A stretch of DNA of 64,000 bases from Terriglobia bacterium. Its GTDB lineage: Bacteria; Acidobacteriota; Terriglobia; 20CM-2-55-15. A model generated the notes under the pieces. The model had not been told where the DNA came from and did not search any database. It worked only from the letters and a program-made list of their open reading frames with translations. This document shows, in pieces, positions 29,189 to 39,864 of this stretch. The first letter of the stretch is position 1, and every line of letters starts with the position of its first letter. The position numbers and the translations under genes were made by a program. The stretch lies in contig CAXWPJ010000010.1 of assembly GCA_963664115.2 (NCBI GenBank), forward strand, positions 96,001 to 160,000, written 5' to 3'.

Positions 29189-31006
29189 CTAACCGATATG
29201 GAGAAGGGCGTCGCCGGCCTGAACCGAATCGCCTTCTCGTACAGCTATGGAAACGATCGTACCCGACCGGTCGGCTCGGATCTCGGTCTCCATCTTCATG
29301 GCTTCAAGAATAACAACCACCTCATCCGACCCAACCGCCTGTCCCGCCTCACAACACAGGCGGACGACTGTTCCCGTCAGGGGCGACGCCAGGGGCGATC
29401 CACCGCCCGTGGGTTCGGCGACGGGAGCCGCAGCAACGGCGGAAGCGGGCGCGGCCACAGGCGCCAATCCGGCCGTCCTCATCGATGTGATGGCTCCTTC
29501 CGGGGTCACGTCGACTTCGTATTGCTGCCCGTTGACCGCAACCCGGTACCGTGTGGGCACGCCTGCGGTGCTCGTTCGAGCAGCGGTTTTCGCCTCGGGC
29601 GCGGAGGGCACCTCCTCCAGCCAAGGCGGGGGCTCGAAAGCGTCCGGATTGTCCCGATTCTTCAGGAAGCGTAGACCGATCTGCAGAAACAAAGCATAGA
29701 TCAAAACATCCTCGACCGGATTATCGGAACGTCGGATTTCTTTATCTTTTGCAATCTGGTCCAGTTCCTTCGACAGTCGATCCATCTCAGGTTTCAGAAG
29801 GTCGGCCGGGCGGCAAGTCACCGGGTCGGCACCGTTAAGGACGCGCTTTTGCAGTGCTTCGTCCACCTTTCCCGGTGTGCGCCCGTACTCGCCCTTGAGC
29901 ACCGCAGCGGTTTCTTTAGTAATTGTCTTGTAGCGTTCGCCGGCCAGAACGTTGACGATGGACTGACTACCTACGATCTGCGACGTGGGGGTGACGAGCG
30001 GAATGAATCCAAGTTCTTCGCGAACGCGAGGCATCTCTTCGAGCACTTCGTCCATGCGGTCGGTCGCGTTCTGTTCCCGAAGCTGGTTTTCCATGTTGGT
30101 GAGCATGCCACCAGGAACCTGGGCAACGAGAATTCTAGAGTCTACACCCCGGAGCGAACCTTCAAACTTGGCGTACTTCTTGCGAATTACCCGGAAATAA
30201 CCGGCGATGTTTTCGAGAAGCTTGAGATCAAGCCCCGTATCCCGGTCCGTGCCTTCGAGGATGGCGACCACCGATTCAGTGGCCGAATGTCCGTAGGTGT
30301 GACTCATCGACGAAATCGACGTGTCGACCATGTCCAGGCCCGCTTCCACAGCCTTGACAACTGTCGACGTGCTCATTCCGGTAGTCGCATGGGACTGCAT
30401 GGCGATAGGTACCGACACCGCATCCTTCAAACGTGAAACCATATCTTCGGCCACGTAGGGTCGCAGCAGACCCGCCATGTCTTTAATACATATCGACTGG
30501 CATCCCAGGTCTTCCAGTCGCTTACCCATCTCCACCCACATGTCCATGGTGTGAACCGGGCTGATCGTATACGCGATGGTTCCCTGAGCATGCTTTCCCA
30601 CGTTTAAGGTCGCCCGAACGGCCGTCTCAAGATTCCGGATGTCGTTCATCGCATCAAAGATGCGAAACACGTCCATTCCGTTTTCGGCCGCCGACGCAAC
30701 GAAAGATTCGACGACATCGTCGGCGTAGTGTCGATACCCCAGCAGGTTCTGTCCCCGGAGCAGCATTTGCATCCGGGTGTTCGGCATTGCCTTCCGGAAC
30801 TGGCGCAATCGTTCCCAGGGGTCCTCGCCCAGGAAACGGATGCATGCATCAAAAGTGGCGCCACCCCAAACTTCCGCCGACCAAAACCCGATTTGATCCA
30901 GACGGCCACAAATCGGGAGCATGTCTTCGATCCGCATACGGGTAGCCAGCAAGGACTGGTGAGCATCCCGCAACACTAATTCTGTAATACCCAACGGTTT
31001 CTTCAT
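29189..31006 (-). CDS. oadA: Na+-extruding oxaloacetate decarboxylase subunit alpha
   Basis: [18 protein letters not shown] and IKDMAG motifs; biotinyl domain EAMKM. Confidence 0.95.
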   Translation of the reverse strand: MKKPLGITELVLRDAHQSLLATRMRIEDMLPICGRLDQIGFWSAEVWGGATFDACIRFLGEDPWERLRQFRKAMPNTRMQMLLRGQNLLGYRHYADDVVESFVASAAENGMDVFRIFDAMNDIRNLETAVRATLNVGKHAQGTIAYTISPVHTMDMWVEMGKRLEDLGCQSICIKDMAGLLRPYVAEDMVSRLKDAVSVPIAMQSHATTGMSTSTVVKAVEAGLDMVDTSISSMSHTYGHSATESVVAILEGTDRDTGLDLKLLENIAGYFRVIRKKYAKFEGSLRGVDSRILVAQVPGGMLTNMENQLREQNATDRMDEVLEEMPRVREELGFIPLVTPTSQIVGSQSIVNVLAGERYKTITKETAAVLKGEYGRTPGKVDEALQKRVLNGADPVTCRPADLLKPEMDRLSKELDQIAKDKEIRRSDNPVEDVLIYALFLQIGLRFLKNRDNPDAFEPPPWLEEVPSAPEAKTAARTSTAGVPTRYRVAVNGQQYEVDVTPEGAITSMRTAGLAPVAAPASAVAAAPVAEPTGGGSPLASPLTGTVVRLCCEAGQAVGSDEVVVILEAMKMETEIRADRSGTIVSIAVREGDSVQAGDALLHIG

Positions 31007-31014
31007 TAGTGGTT

Positions 31015-31260
31015 CTATTTCTGCGCTTCTTCTCGGTTCGCCCGAATAGCTGCAGTTACGGCGGCAATCAGTTCCGGATCATCGACCACGCGCCCAAGCC
31101 CGCCACCGGAAGTCTCAGCGACCGCTTGCGGAGGTTCCAACATAGCAGCCACGCGTGACATCACCTTGAGAGCAATCACAAGGAGTCCCAGAAGGGAAAA
31201 GACAACGCCCATTCCGGCCAGCATCAACTGCACACCTTGTTGCAACAATTCCGACGGCAC
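31015..31260 (-). CDS. oadG: Oxaloacetate decarboxylase subunit gamma
   Basis: GMGVVF TM helix and [10 protein letters not shown]; first gene of the oad operon. Confidence 0.88.
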   Translation of the reverse strand: MPSELLQQGVQLMLAGMGVVFSLLGLLVIALKVMSRVAAMLEPPQAVAETSGGGLGRVVDDPELIAAVTAAIRANREEAQK

Positions 31261-31510
31261 CGATCGCTCCTAGATCTATTTCAAGTGAATCCTACTACCA
31301 TCTCGTACATGTCAGAACACACCATCGTCCACTGACATACAAGCCACTATATCAGTGCACTTTGGAGGCTGTCAGGGAGGCACATATTAGCACAAGCTTA
31401 GGTAGAGAGAACTCCGATCCCGGACTCTTACAACCACCGACAATACGGACGCGGAGCAGTTCAGGGCAAGACGAAGGCTTCGGCAGGCGGTCCCGATTGT
31501 CGCTGACTCA

Positions 31511-34432
31511 TTAGAAAGTAAACTTGAGCCCGAACTGCGCCTGGAAGGGTCGCAATACCGATCGTGCCTGCCCAAAAGAAACCGATGACTCGTTACCGTT
31601 GAAACGAAGCAGGTTGGCTGTGTTGAAAACATTGAACATCTCCCACAAGACCTCGATGTTCTTCGTTTCGTCGATGAAGAACCGTTTGCTCAGCCGCAGA
31701 TCCGTATTGAAGAAGCTGTCACCCCGCTCCGAATGGACCGCCACGCCTGGAGAGCGGTCGTTGCGGGCACCGTCGCCGTTGTTATCGCGACCTGTCGTCC
31801 GATCGTAGGGCGCCGCGCTGTTGGCTGTGACGATCGTGCTCACATTAATGTCGTAAGGCAGTTCGTATATGAGGTTGGCCGTCAAGCGGTGCCGCACGTC
31901 GTTTTCGGTGGGGCCAAAGTGTATGTCTCCGAATTTGTCGTTCGGGTCAGATGGGGCGACACCGATGATTACGGGGAACCCGCCCCGATTGAACTCCTTT
32001 GCACTACCCAGGGTGTAACCCAGGAGAAAACCGAAGCCCGTCGAAAACGATCGATCCAGTCGGAGGGAAAGCGAATTCACGTGAATGCGCCCACTCTGGT
32101 CGTGCCCCAGGGTCATCCGGAATCTACAGAGCGAATTCGTGATTCCGCTCTCGATCAGGGCGGCATCAAACGGGCACTCCCCGTTGGGCAGTGGCGCGTT
32201 GACATTCCGGGTCATCAGAAAATTCAAACCAAGTATGTGGGTAAAATCGGCCGAGAAGGCCATGCTCGGCGAGATCTCGTACTGAAAACCCGCGCTGGTG
32301 TGCTGGGTATATGGTGTGTCCCCGTGCGGCGACGGTACTGTGGTCGAACCCGCGGGAAGTGCGTTCCCCGCCGGAGGATTCGGGAAGAAGTTTGCGACGA
32401 CTGCAGGATCTGTTTCCCTGACGGTCTGGATATTAAGACCGTTATAACTGTTGACGATGCCGCGATGGGTCAGCGTCGGGACGCGGTCGTGAAAAAGCCC
32501 ATAGCTGCCACGAATCACCGCACGCCCCGTCCCAAGTACGTCCCACGCGAAACCCACTCTCGGAGACACATCCAGAGTGTCGGTCGGGGTCGGGCGCCAG
32601 GGTTGGAGACCTAAGGTGCCCGCTGGCCCCAAGGCCACGTTCAACCAAACGTCTTCGGGTTTGTCGCGGGAGAAACCCGGCTCTTCGAACGCGTCGGGAC
32701 CGCCAAGGTCGCCTTCGAGAACGCGCAGATCATAGCGTAACCCCATGTTGAGGGTCAGGGCAGGGGTGATGCGCCACGTGTCGTTCACGAAAAGACCATA
32801 CATGTCCATATCGCGATCGACCTGTGTGATCGTCGGATCCGGAGATTCTCCCCGGGCGAACTGCAGGTTGAATCCGGCGGTGTATTCGACGGGTACGAAC
32901 GGAGCCACGTCGGTTTCAAAGACAAAAGAACCGTTGAAGTCTTCGTTCGTATCGTTGGTAGCCACGATGTCGTTCATCTCACCGCCCCATTTCAGCGTGT
33001 GGTTACCCCATTGGTGGGTCGTCGTGTTGGCGATGATCCAGTTCTTCTGGTTCCGTCCCTGGGGCGTCGAGCTCCCGTCCAAACCAATGTTGACCGAGGG
33101 GAAAATTAATCCGGGAAGAAAGCGTGAGTCTCTCCGAATACTGCGGAACAGCCTCTGGCTCGAACGATTGATACGCAACTCGTTCACTGTATTCGCACCG
33201 ATCAGTGAGGTCCAGTTTGCGGTCGCAAAGTACGAATTGTTGAGATCATCAAAACCCCGATCAGCGGCGTCTTCACCTCCGATGTCCTTGTTCAGATCGT
33301 TGTCGTCGTCGTAAAGATAAGTGAGATGCAGCGTGTTGCTGTCGTCCAGATTGAACGTGAACTTGCCGATTGCGTTGACCTGTTCCCGTTCCTGCTCAAC
33401 CGAACTGCGTGTGTCGTAACCGAGGTTGAGCGAGTCCACGAAGGTTTTGACCGAGTCCGGAATCGTAATCTGCGAACTTCCCTGATTGGTCTTGCGTTCC
33501 AACGAAAAGAAATAGAACGCCTTGTCGCGGGCGAAAGGGCCACCGAACGTGCCGCCATACTGCTCGGTCCTGAACTCGGGGACTTCGCCGTCCTGAAACG
33601 GTACGCCACCTCTCAACCGAAACGATGGCTTGTCGAATGCGTCATCCCGGATGAAGTAGAAACCGCTGCCGTGGATGTCGTTGCCGCCCGACTTCAGCAC
33701 GATGTTTATCGCCCCACTGCCGCTTCGGCCAAACTCTGGTGAGTAACCGGTCGCCATCACCTGAAACTCCTGAATCGCTTCCTGGCCCAGGCGGGTTCGG
33801 GTTGCGCCGGAAATATTGGTTCCACCCCCGACGACTTCATCGTTGAAGTCAACTCCATCAAGCCAAATGGCCTTATGCGGTTCATCCATTCCGAAGAAGC
33901 TGATGGAATCGGTGGCACCTGAACGGATGGAACTCTGATCGAGCACGACGCCGGGAGCGAGCAAGGCGAGATCCATAAAGTCCCGATTCTTCAGCGGCAG
34001 CCCCTCGACCCGAAAGTTGTCAACCACCGTCTGTATGCTGTTCGCCGTCGGACGGATCAGAGGAGCCGCATCCGTTACGGTAATGGATTCGGTGACCTGC
34101 CCCACGTCCATGGTGAAGTCGATCTTTATTTCTCCCTGGATGGGTAGAACGACTCCGTCACGCACCGCCGAGCGGAATCCGTCGAGTTGGACGGCGATCG
34201 CGTACTCGGCCGGCTGCAGCCCCGTCACGACGTAGGCACCCACTCCGTTAGTAAGCACCTCCCGAATCGCGCCAGTGGTCGCGTGAGTCACAGTCACGGT
34301 CACACCGGGAAGGACGGCGCCTGACGCATCAACTATGTCGCCGAGAATGGAACCGGTTGTCGACTGCGCGTGAACTGTGAAAGCAGCGCTGAGAACCAGG
34401 CAGACGACTAATATTCCGCTAACAAACCGCAT
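31511..34432 (-). CDS. TonB-dependent receptor (Oar-like, carboxypeptidase-regulatory N-domain)
   Basis: G.I.D.SGAVLPG, LPL.NR.F..LALLAPGV, AIQEFQV, KSGGN..HGS and LNMGLRYD motifs; C-terminal QFGLKFTF. Confidence 0.93.
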   Translation of the reverse strand: MRFVSGILVVCLVLSAAFTVHAQSTTGSILGDIVDASGAVLPGVTVTVTHATTGAIREVLTNGVGAYVVTGLQPAEYAIAVQLDGFRSAVRDGVVLPIQGEIKIDFTMDVGQVTESITVTDAAPLIRPTANSIQTVVDNFRVEGLPLKNRDFMDLALLAPGVVLDQSSIRSGATDSISFFGMDEPHKAIWLDGVDFNDEVVGGGTNISGATRTRLGQEAIQEFQVMATGYSPEFGRSGSGAINIVLKSGGNDIHGSGFYFIRDDAFDKPSFRLRGGVPFQDGEVPEFRTEQYGGTFGGPFARDKAFYFFSLERKTNQGSSQITIPDSVKTFVDSLNLGYDTRSSVEQEREQVNAIGKFTFNLDDSNTLHLTYLYDDDNDLNKDIGGEDAADRGFDDLNNSYFATANWTSLIGANTVNELRINRSSQRLFRSIRRDSRFLPGLIFPSVNIGLDGSSTPQGRNQKNWIIANTTTHQWGNHTLKWGGEMNDIVATNDTNEDFNGSFVFETDVAPFVPVEYTAGFNLQFARGESPDPTITQVDRDMDMYGLFVNDTWRITPALTLNMGLRYDLRVLEGDLGGPDAFEEPGFSRDKPEDVWLNVALGPAGTLGLQPWRPTPTDTLDVSPRVGFAWDVLGTGRAVIRGSYGLFHDRVPTLTHRGIVNSYNGLNIQTVRETDPAVVANFFPNPPAGNALPAGSTTVPSPHGDTPYTQHTSAGFQYEISPSMAFSADFTHILGLNFLMTRNVNAPLPNGECPFDAALIESGITNSLCRFRMTLGHDQSGRIHVNSLSLRLDRSFSTGFGFLLGYTLGSAKEFNRGGFPVIIGVAPSDPNDKFGDIHFGPTENDVRHRLTANLIYELPYDINVSTIVTANSAAPYDRTTGRDNNGDGARNDRSPGVAVHSERGDSFFNTDLRLSKRFFIDETKNIEVLWEMFNVFNTANLLRFNGNESSVSFGQARSVLRPFQAQFGLKFTF

Positions 34433-34660
34433 CGCGTAAGTCCCCTCAAGATAACGAAGATAAGTCGGACAAATATATCACGTGGGGCTGTCAGGAAGGA
34501 TGAGGCTGGTGCGTTACACCCGACTCCGCGTTTACGCTTGAGACGAGTAACGACTGGGGTTGGAACCGAAAAACAGGGAGGGGGAGGCGACGAAGGCTTC
34601 GGATTTGATTCATCAACCCACCAGAGTCCAGATCAAATCTGAAATATCCGTCGCTCGAAT

Positions 34661-35187
34661 TCAATTTCCGATCTCGACTTCCTCTCCGTTACTCAGGCTC
34701 GCAACGTAGGCGGCTAAATTTCTGGAAGGTTCGCCCGCTAGATCCAAGGGTTCACCCATCATGAACATCTGGAGACAATTGTTATTCATAACGGCCAGAG
34801 TGATGACGGAGTCATTGGGCACCTTATATTTCGGGAACGTCGCGCCGCACCCACGAGCGTCGGAATTGGCATCGAAGGCTGCATACCATTGCTCAATGGC
34901 ATCGGAATCTGCGTGGAGGTGTTGGTGGTCCCCCCACCCGGATGGCAGTTGTTGCAGGACCGGTTGTTGCTGCCCAGGTTTCTGTCGTTGAACAGTTCCA
35001 TGCCGTGAGCGACACCTTCGCGCTGCTTAGCCATCATGTACTGCATGCGCTCTCCTTCATCCATATCCACCATCACCTCGGACATGTTGGCCAACGCCAT
35101 CTGCATAGCTGGATTTGGAGCCTGAGCCGCAGTAAGCAAAGAGACGACAAAAATAAAACTCGCCGCAATTAACAAAGTCTTTTTCAT
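34661..35187 (-). pseudogene. SoxA/TsdA-like c-type cytochrome with a 1-nt frameshift near 34844
   Basis: AGGAG RBS, signal peptide and CNNCH. The shifted frame continues ATFPKYKVPNDSVITLAVMNNNCLQMFMMGEPL...LAAYVASLSNG to TGA at 34661-34663. Confidence 0.75.
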
Positions 35188-35428
35188 ATTCGATACTCCT
35201 TTGGAGTTCCGGTACGCGCCCTTCATGTCCGCTTAGACATAAGGCTCTGAGATTGCACGGGCGTCGAATCACATTTGAGGCGCGTGTCACTCAAGAAGAT
35301 ACGTCCCCACTAAGGAAGGATTCTGTAAGCTGGAGTACATCGGGTGTGGGTCCCGACAGTTAGAACGAACGGGGGATGAATAGCAGATCGCAGAGCTGTT
35401 CGAGTCCGAAGCATCAACAGCACCGGGA

Positions 35429-36148
35429 TCAGAAGAGACCCTCGACAATGCTCCGTAGTTCCTCTTCTTCCCCAAGACCAACGTGCTTGTAGGCAACCCG
35501 CCCACTACGATCCAGAACGAAGGTCGTCGGGATGCCATAGACACCACCTACATTGGTTTCAATTTCAAAGTCGGTCATCACGATCGGGTAGTTGACGCCC
35601 AGAACCGCAACCATATTGACAATGGCCTCCATGTTTTCAGGGTCCTGCGTTATACCGACGACACCGAATTCCGCCTCGTCGTACAAGTCCGTCATTTCGA
35701 CCAGCCACGGCATCTCTTCCCGACAGGGCGCGCACCACGAAGCCCAGAAGTTGATCACGGCAACCTTCCCTTCAAGTCGGGATGAAGAAATCGTCCTGCC
35801 TTCGAGCGTGCTCAATTCAAACTCAGGAAACAGTTCGGAATACGCCGGAGCCTCACCCAGCTCATCGATCACGGTCCCATTGGCGTCGACGACCAGATGG
35901 AAGGCGACCTCAGTGCCTACCTCGATACCGTCCAGAAGACTCGGGTCCACGACGGCAAAGGGCATTGTCATCGACTGCATGTAGCCGGGGATCGTGTCGT
36001 GAAGAAGGACAACACTGTTTCTATCTTCGGGAATTTCGGCCACAAGTCCCCTTACGTCATATTCCATGGGAATTTGGGGCGCAGACGCACAACCCGCCAG
36101 CAGGAAAAGTCCAGACGTGATGACAACTGCCTTTGCTGTTTTTGACAT
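35429..36148 (-). CDS. Lipoprotein: CusF-like copper-binding domain fused to a TlpA/ResA thioredoxin domain
   Basis: Lipobox LAGC; HDTIPGYMQSMTMPF; INFWASWCAPCREEMP and GIPTTFVLDRSG. Confidence 0.85.
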   Translation of the reverse strand: MSKTAKAVVITSGLFLLAGCASAPQIPMEYDVRGLVAEIPEDRNSVVLLHDTIPGYMQSMTMPFAVVDPSLLDGIEVGTEVAFHLVVDANGTVIDELGEAPAYSELFPEFELSTLEGRTISSSRLEGKVAVINFWASWCAPCREEMPWLVEMTDLYDEAEFGVVGITQDPENMEAIVNMVAVLGVNYPIVMTDFEIETNVGGVYGIPTTFVLDRSGRVAYKHVGLGEEEELRSIVEGLF

Positions 36149-36290
36149 TCGAATCATTCGAACAGGCCGCGCTCGGAGGAAATGTAATCCAGGCCACACA
36201 AAAATTTTCACCGGTCGGTAATGAGACGGTCCTCCCCCCAAACTGTTTACCAATATTTCACACTCAGAAGTAATTTGACGGACGGATTTT

Positions 36291-36448
36291 CACCGCAAAG
36301 GCGCAAAGACGCCAAGAAAGAAAAACTTTGTACTTCCAGCGCAACACGGCCGGATTAGGCTAGCAAGAAAGCCCCCAGTCATTCACGACCTCTGGTAAGG
36401 AGAACTAACGACAAACTGATTTCTTTGCGCCTTTGCGCCTTTGCGGTT
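36291..36448. repeat. Inverted-repeat element family A, 158-bp copy
   Basis: CACCGCAAAGGCGCAAAG at 36291; CTTTGCGCCTTTGCGGT at 36431-36447. Confidence 0.85.
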
Positions 36449-36496
36449 GATCTTTCTTCTCCGAAGTATTCCCCTGTGCCTCTGCGTTGAATTCCC

Positions 36497-38287
36497 CTAC
36501 GTCCGGGCTGAGATAGCCTCTCGGGTGATGGAAAGGAACTCGGCTATCGATTTGGCCTTGAGGTCTTCTCCAGATCGCAGGCGAACCGCTACAGCGCCGG
36601 ACTCCACTTCCTTATCTCCTGCTACGAGCATGTAGGGAATTTTCTGCAACTGAGCCTTGCGAATCTTGGCATTCATACGGTCGCCACCGTCGTCGATACC
36701 CACACGCAGCCCCTCGGATCTCAGCTTTTCCAGCAGCCCCTGGCAGTATGCGACATGCCGGTCAGCGATTGGAATCAAGATAGCTTGAACCGGCGCCAGC
36801 CAGACCGGGAATGCACCGCTGTGGTGCTCGATGAGGATTCCGAAGAATCGTTCCATGCTTCCCAACAGAGCCCGGTGAATCATGTAGGGCCGGTGTGGTG
36901 CCCCATCCTCGCCGACGAAGCTCAAGTCGAAGCGTTCCGGAAGGTTGAAATCGAACTGAATCGTACTCAACTGCCATTCTCGCCCGATCGCATCGTTGAC
37001 GTTGATATCAATCTTGGGACCATAGAAAGCGCCGTCCGCCTCGTTGATCTCGAACAGCAATCCCGATCTCTTGAGCGCCTCTTCGAGGGCGGCCTCGGCC
37101 TCGTCCCAATTAGACTCGTCTCCGACTCGCTTTTCGGGGCGCGTGCTCAGGAACAGTTTGAAATCTTCAAAACCGAACGCCCGAAGGATATCCAGACTGA
37201 AGTTTAATACTTTGTCGATCTCGGCGGGCATCTGATCCGGCCGGCAGAACAGATGGGCGTCGTCCTGGGTGAATCCCCTTACACGGGTCAGCCCGTGTAA
37301 GACTCCACTTCGTTCGTAGCGGTACACGGTCCCCCATTCGGCAAAGCGAATCGGAAGGTCTCGGTAGGAACGCACGCCGCTCTTGAAGATGTCGACATGG
37401 AACGGGCAGTTCATCGGCTTCAGATAGAATTCCTGCTCGTCGATCGTCACCGGCGCATACATGCCGTCCTTGTAAAAGTCGAGATGGCCGCTGGTTTCCC
37501 AAAGCGATGCCCGGCCGATGTGGGGCGTGTAGACAAAATCGTAACCGCCTTTCAGATGTTCGGCCTTGCAGTATTCTTCGACCAGATACCGGATCAGCCC
37601 ACCTTTGGGATGCCAGAGAACCAGGCCGGCCCCAATGGTATCGGGATTGATACTGAACAGATCCAAATCGACACCCAAGCGGCGATGATCCCTCTTCTTG
37701 GCCTCTTCAAGCCGGACGAAATATTCCTTCAGTTCTTTCTTTACAGGGAAGGCGACCCCATAGACACGCTGCATCTGGTCGCGGGCCTGATCCCCACGCC
37801 AGTAAGCGCCGGACACGCGCGTGAGCTTAAACGCATCCGGACGAACGGCCCCGGCATTTTCGACATGAGGACCACGGCATAGATCCACGAAATCTCCCGT
37901 TTCATAGATGCTGACGGTATCGACGTTGCCCCCAACGAGATTTTCGTCCCCCAGGTCTTTGACTGCCGTCGTGCCGCGATCCTTGAGATCGTTCAAAAGT
38001 TCTACTTTGAAGCTCTGCCCCATCCCGTCGAACAGCGTAATGGCCTCGTCAATGGGCATTTCAGTCCGCTCGAAGGCAAGCTTTTCACTCACCTTACGTC
38101 GCATCTGCTGCTCAATTTTCTCGAGGTCGTCGGGTGTAAGCGGGGTGTCAAGATAGACGTCGTAATAGAAGCCGTCGGTGATGACGGGTCCAACGCCAAA
38201 CTTCGCCTCAGGGTAAAAGTCCTGGATGCTGGCTGCCATCAAGTGGGCCAGCGAGTGCCGTATTGTCTCAAGCTCTTCTTTATTCAT
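36497..38287 (-). CDS. thrS: Threonine--tRNA ligase
   Basis: RHSLAHLMA, DLCRGPH, RDHRRLG, LKPMNCP, RVRGFTQDDAH and FYGPKID motifs. Confidence 0.98.
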   Translation of the reverse strand: MNKEELETIRHSLAHLMAASIQDFYPEAKFGVGPVITDGFYYDVYLDTPLTPDDLEKIEQQMRRKVSEKLAFERTEMPIDEAITLFDGMGQSFKVELLNDLKDRGTTAVKDLGDENLVGGNVDTVSIYETGDFVDLCRGPHVENAGAVRPDAFKLTRVSGAYWRGDQARDQMQRVYGVAFPVKKELKEYFVRLEEAKKRDHRRLGVDLDLFSINPDTIGAGLVLWHPKGGLIRYLVEEYCKAEHLKGGYDFVYTPHIGRASLWETSGHLDFYKDGMYAPVTIDEQEFYLKPMNCPFHVDIFKSGVRSYRDLPIRFAEWGTVYRYERSGVLHGLTRVRGFTQDDAHLFCRPDQMPAEIDKVLNFSLDILRAFGFEDFKLFLSTRPEKRVGDESNWDEAEAALEEALKRSGLLFEINEADGAFYGPKIDINVNDAIGREWQLSTIQFDFNLPERFDLSFVGEDGAPHRPYMIHRALLGSMERFFGILIEHHSGAFPVWLAPVQAILIPIADRHVAYCQGLLEKLRSEGLRVGIDDGGDRMNAKIRKAQLQKIPYMLVAGDKEVESGAVAVRLRSGEDLKAKSIAEFLSITREAISART

Positions 38288-38383
38288 GGGGTGTCACTTG
38301 TCACTCATTCACTCCGGGAGTCGCACCGCGGGCCGGGCGAAGACCCCATTGTTGCATCGGATTGAAGAAGCCGGGATTGCCGA

Positions 38384-38908
38384 CTACGTAAACAGGATTG
38401 GCTGGGAACCCGTCAAACGGCCACGCGTGTGCGTGACTTTAGGCTCCTTAGATGTCGACGTCCCTTCCAGGTTCAGAAGTGCCGTCTTTATGTCGAGGCC
38501 GCCACCGTAGCCGACGAGACGTCCGTCGTGGCCGATCACCCGGTGACAGGGAACAACTATAGAAACGGGGTTGTTGTGGTTGGCCATCCCCACAGCGCGT
38601 GCCGCCCGGGGCTTTCCAATCGCGCGGGCGATCTCTCCATAACTGCGGGTTTCACCGTAAGGGATGTCCAGAAGAGCCCGCCATACATTCTGCTGGAAAG
38701 GCGTGCCTTCCAGGTCCAGTCCGAGATCAAAGTCACGCCGACTGCCGGCAAAATATTCCTTGAGTTGATCCACTACAGTAGCGTTCCCAGTCGCATCAAG
38801 CGGCATGTCAGGAGGTATCTTCTTTCCAAAAGACAGAAGCTTGAGGCCTTTGCCACCGGACACGATAGTCAGGGGTCCAACCGGTGTTTCGGCAACGAAA
38901 TATCCCAT
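38384..38908 (-). CDS. ogt: Methylated-DNA--protein-cysteine S-methyltransferase
   Basis: GTPFQ..VW, IPYGETRSY, ARAVG and the active site PCHRV. The start could be 38941. Confidence 0.93.
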   Translation of the reverse strand: MGYFVAETPVGPLTIVSGGKGLKLLSFGKKIPPDMPLDATGNATVVDQLKEYFAGSRRDFDLGLDLEGTPFQQNVWRALLDIPYGETRSYGEIARAIGKPRAARAVGMANHNNPVSIVVPCHRVIGHDGRLVGYGGGLDIKTALLNLEGTSTSKEPKVTHTRGRLTGSQPILFT

Positions 38909-39058
38909 TGGGTTAAGGTATATCAATGAAACGAACCGCACAAGGCCATTGACGAGAAGAAATCCACCGAAAAGAGAGCCGTTTCCTGCCCCCGTCGGAG
39001 GGCAGAATTAGGGAGGCTTAGATTGCAAATGCCCCGTTGTTTTTGTTATGTTTAGCGA

Positions 39059-39604
39059 TTGTCAAGAGTGAAGAAATTTTCTGGACGACCACGGCCAGAC
39101 CGAACAAGAGTCAACCATCGAATCCGGGCCACCGAGGTTCGGGTGATTGATGAAGAAGGTACTCAGCTAGGAGTGATGACGCCGGGTGCGGCGATTGGAA
39201 TAGCAGAGGAAAGGGGCCTGGATCTCGTAGAGGTCGCGCCGAACGGCAAGCCGCCGGTTTGCCGGATCATGGATTACGGCAAGTACCGCTACCAGATGAA
39301 ACGGAAGGCTCACGAAGCAAGGAAACATCAAAAGAGCATCACCGTCAAGGAAGTCAAATTCCGGCCCAACACGGACGAACACGATTACGAGTTCAAGAAG
39401 AACCACATCATTCGCTTCCTGAACCAGGGCGACAAGGTTAAAGCGAACGTCTGGTTTCGGGGGCGTGAAATCGTCCACAAAGAGATCGGGCGAGCGCTGA
39501 TCCAGCGCCTGATTGAAGAGTTGGAAGAAGTCGGTACTGTGGAGAACCGACCCAAAATGGAAGGCAACAATCTCGTCGCCATATTCGCGCCCAAAAAACT
39601 ATAG
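39059..39604 (+). CDS. infC: Translation initiation factor IF-3
   Basis: [28 protein letters not shown] and KEVKFRP motifs; TTG start. Confidence 0.97.
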   Translation: MSRVKKFSGRPRPDRTRVNHRIRATEVRVIDEEGTQLGVMTPGAAIGIAEERGLDLVEVAPNGKPPVCRIMDYGKYRYQMKRKAHEARKHQKSITVKEVKFRPNTDEHDYEFKKNHIIRFLNQGDKVKANVWFRGREIVHKEIGRALIQRLIEELEEVGTVENRPKMEGNNLVAIFAPKKL

Positions 39605-39630
39605 AAGTAAAAGACAGGAAAGTAGAAATC

Positions 39631-39828
39631 ATGTACAAACTCAAGACGCACCGGGGGGCGCGCAAACGGTTCAAGCTAACGGGCACCGGAAAGATCAAAC
39701 GCAGACATTCCTTCCATCGTCACATCTTGACAAAGAAGTCACAGAAGCGAAAACGGCACCTGGGAAAGCCTGCGATCCTCGAGGCCTCAGACTTCCAGAA
39801 AGTCCGGGAAATGCTTCCGTACGGATAG
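39631..39828 (+). CDS. rpmI: 50S ribosomal protein L35
   Basis: [19 protein letters not shown]. Confidence 0.97.
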   Translation: MYKLKTHRGARKRFKLTGTGKIKRRHSFHRHILTKKSQKRKRHLGKPAILEASDFQKVREMLPYG

Positions 39829-39864
39829 AAAGTTGATCACTATAGGTTTGAGGTTGAATTAGAA

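Noticed and set aside
38290-38383. T-box leader for thrS
   Set aside because: Too short, with no T-box consensus (AGGGTGGNACCGCG) or terminator.
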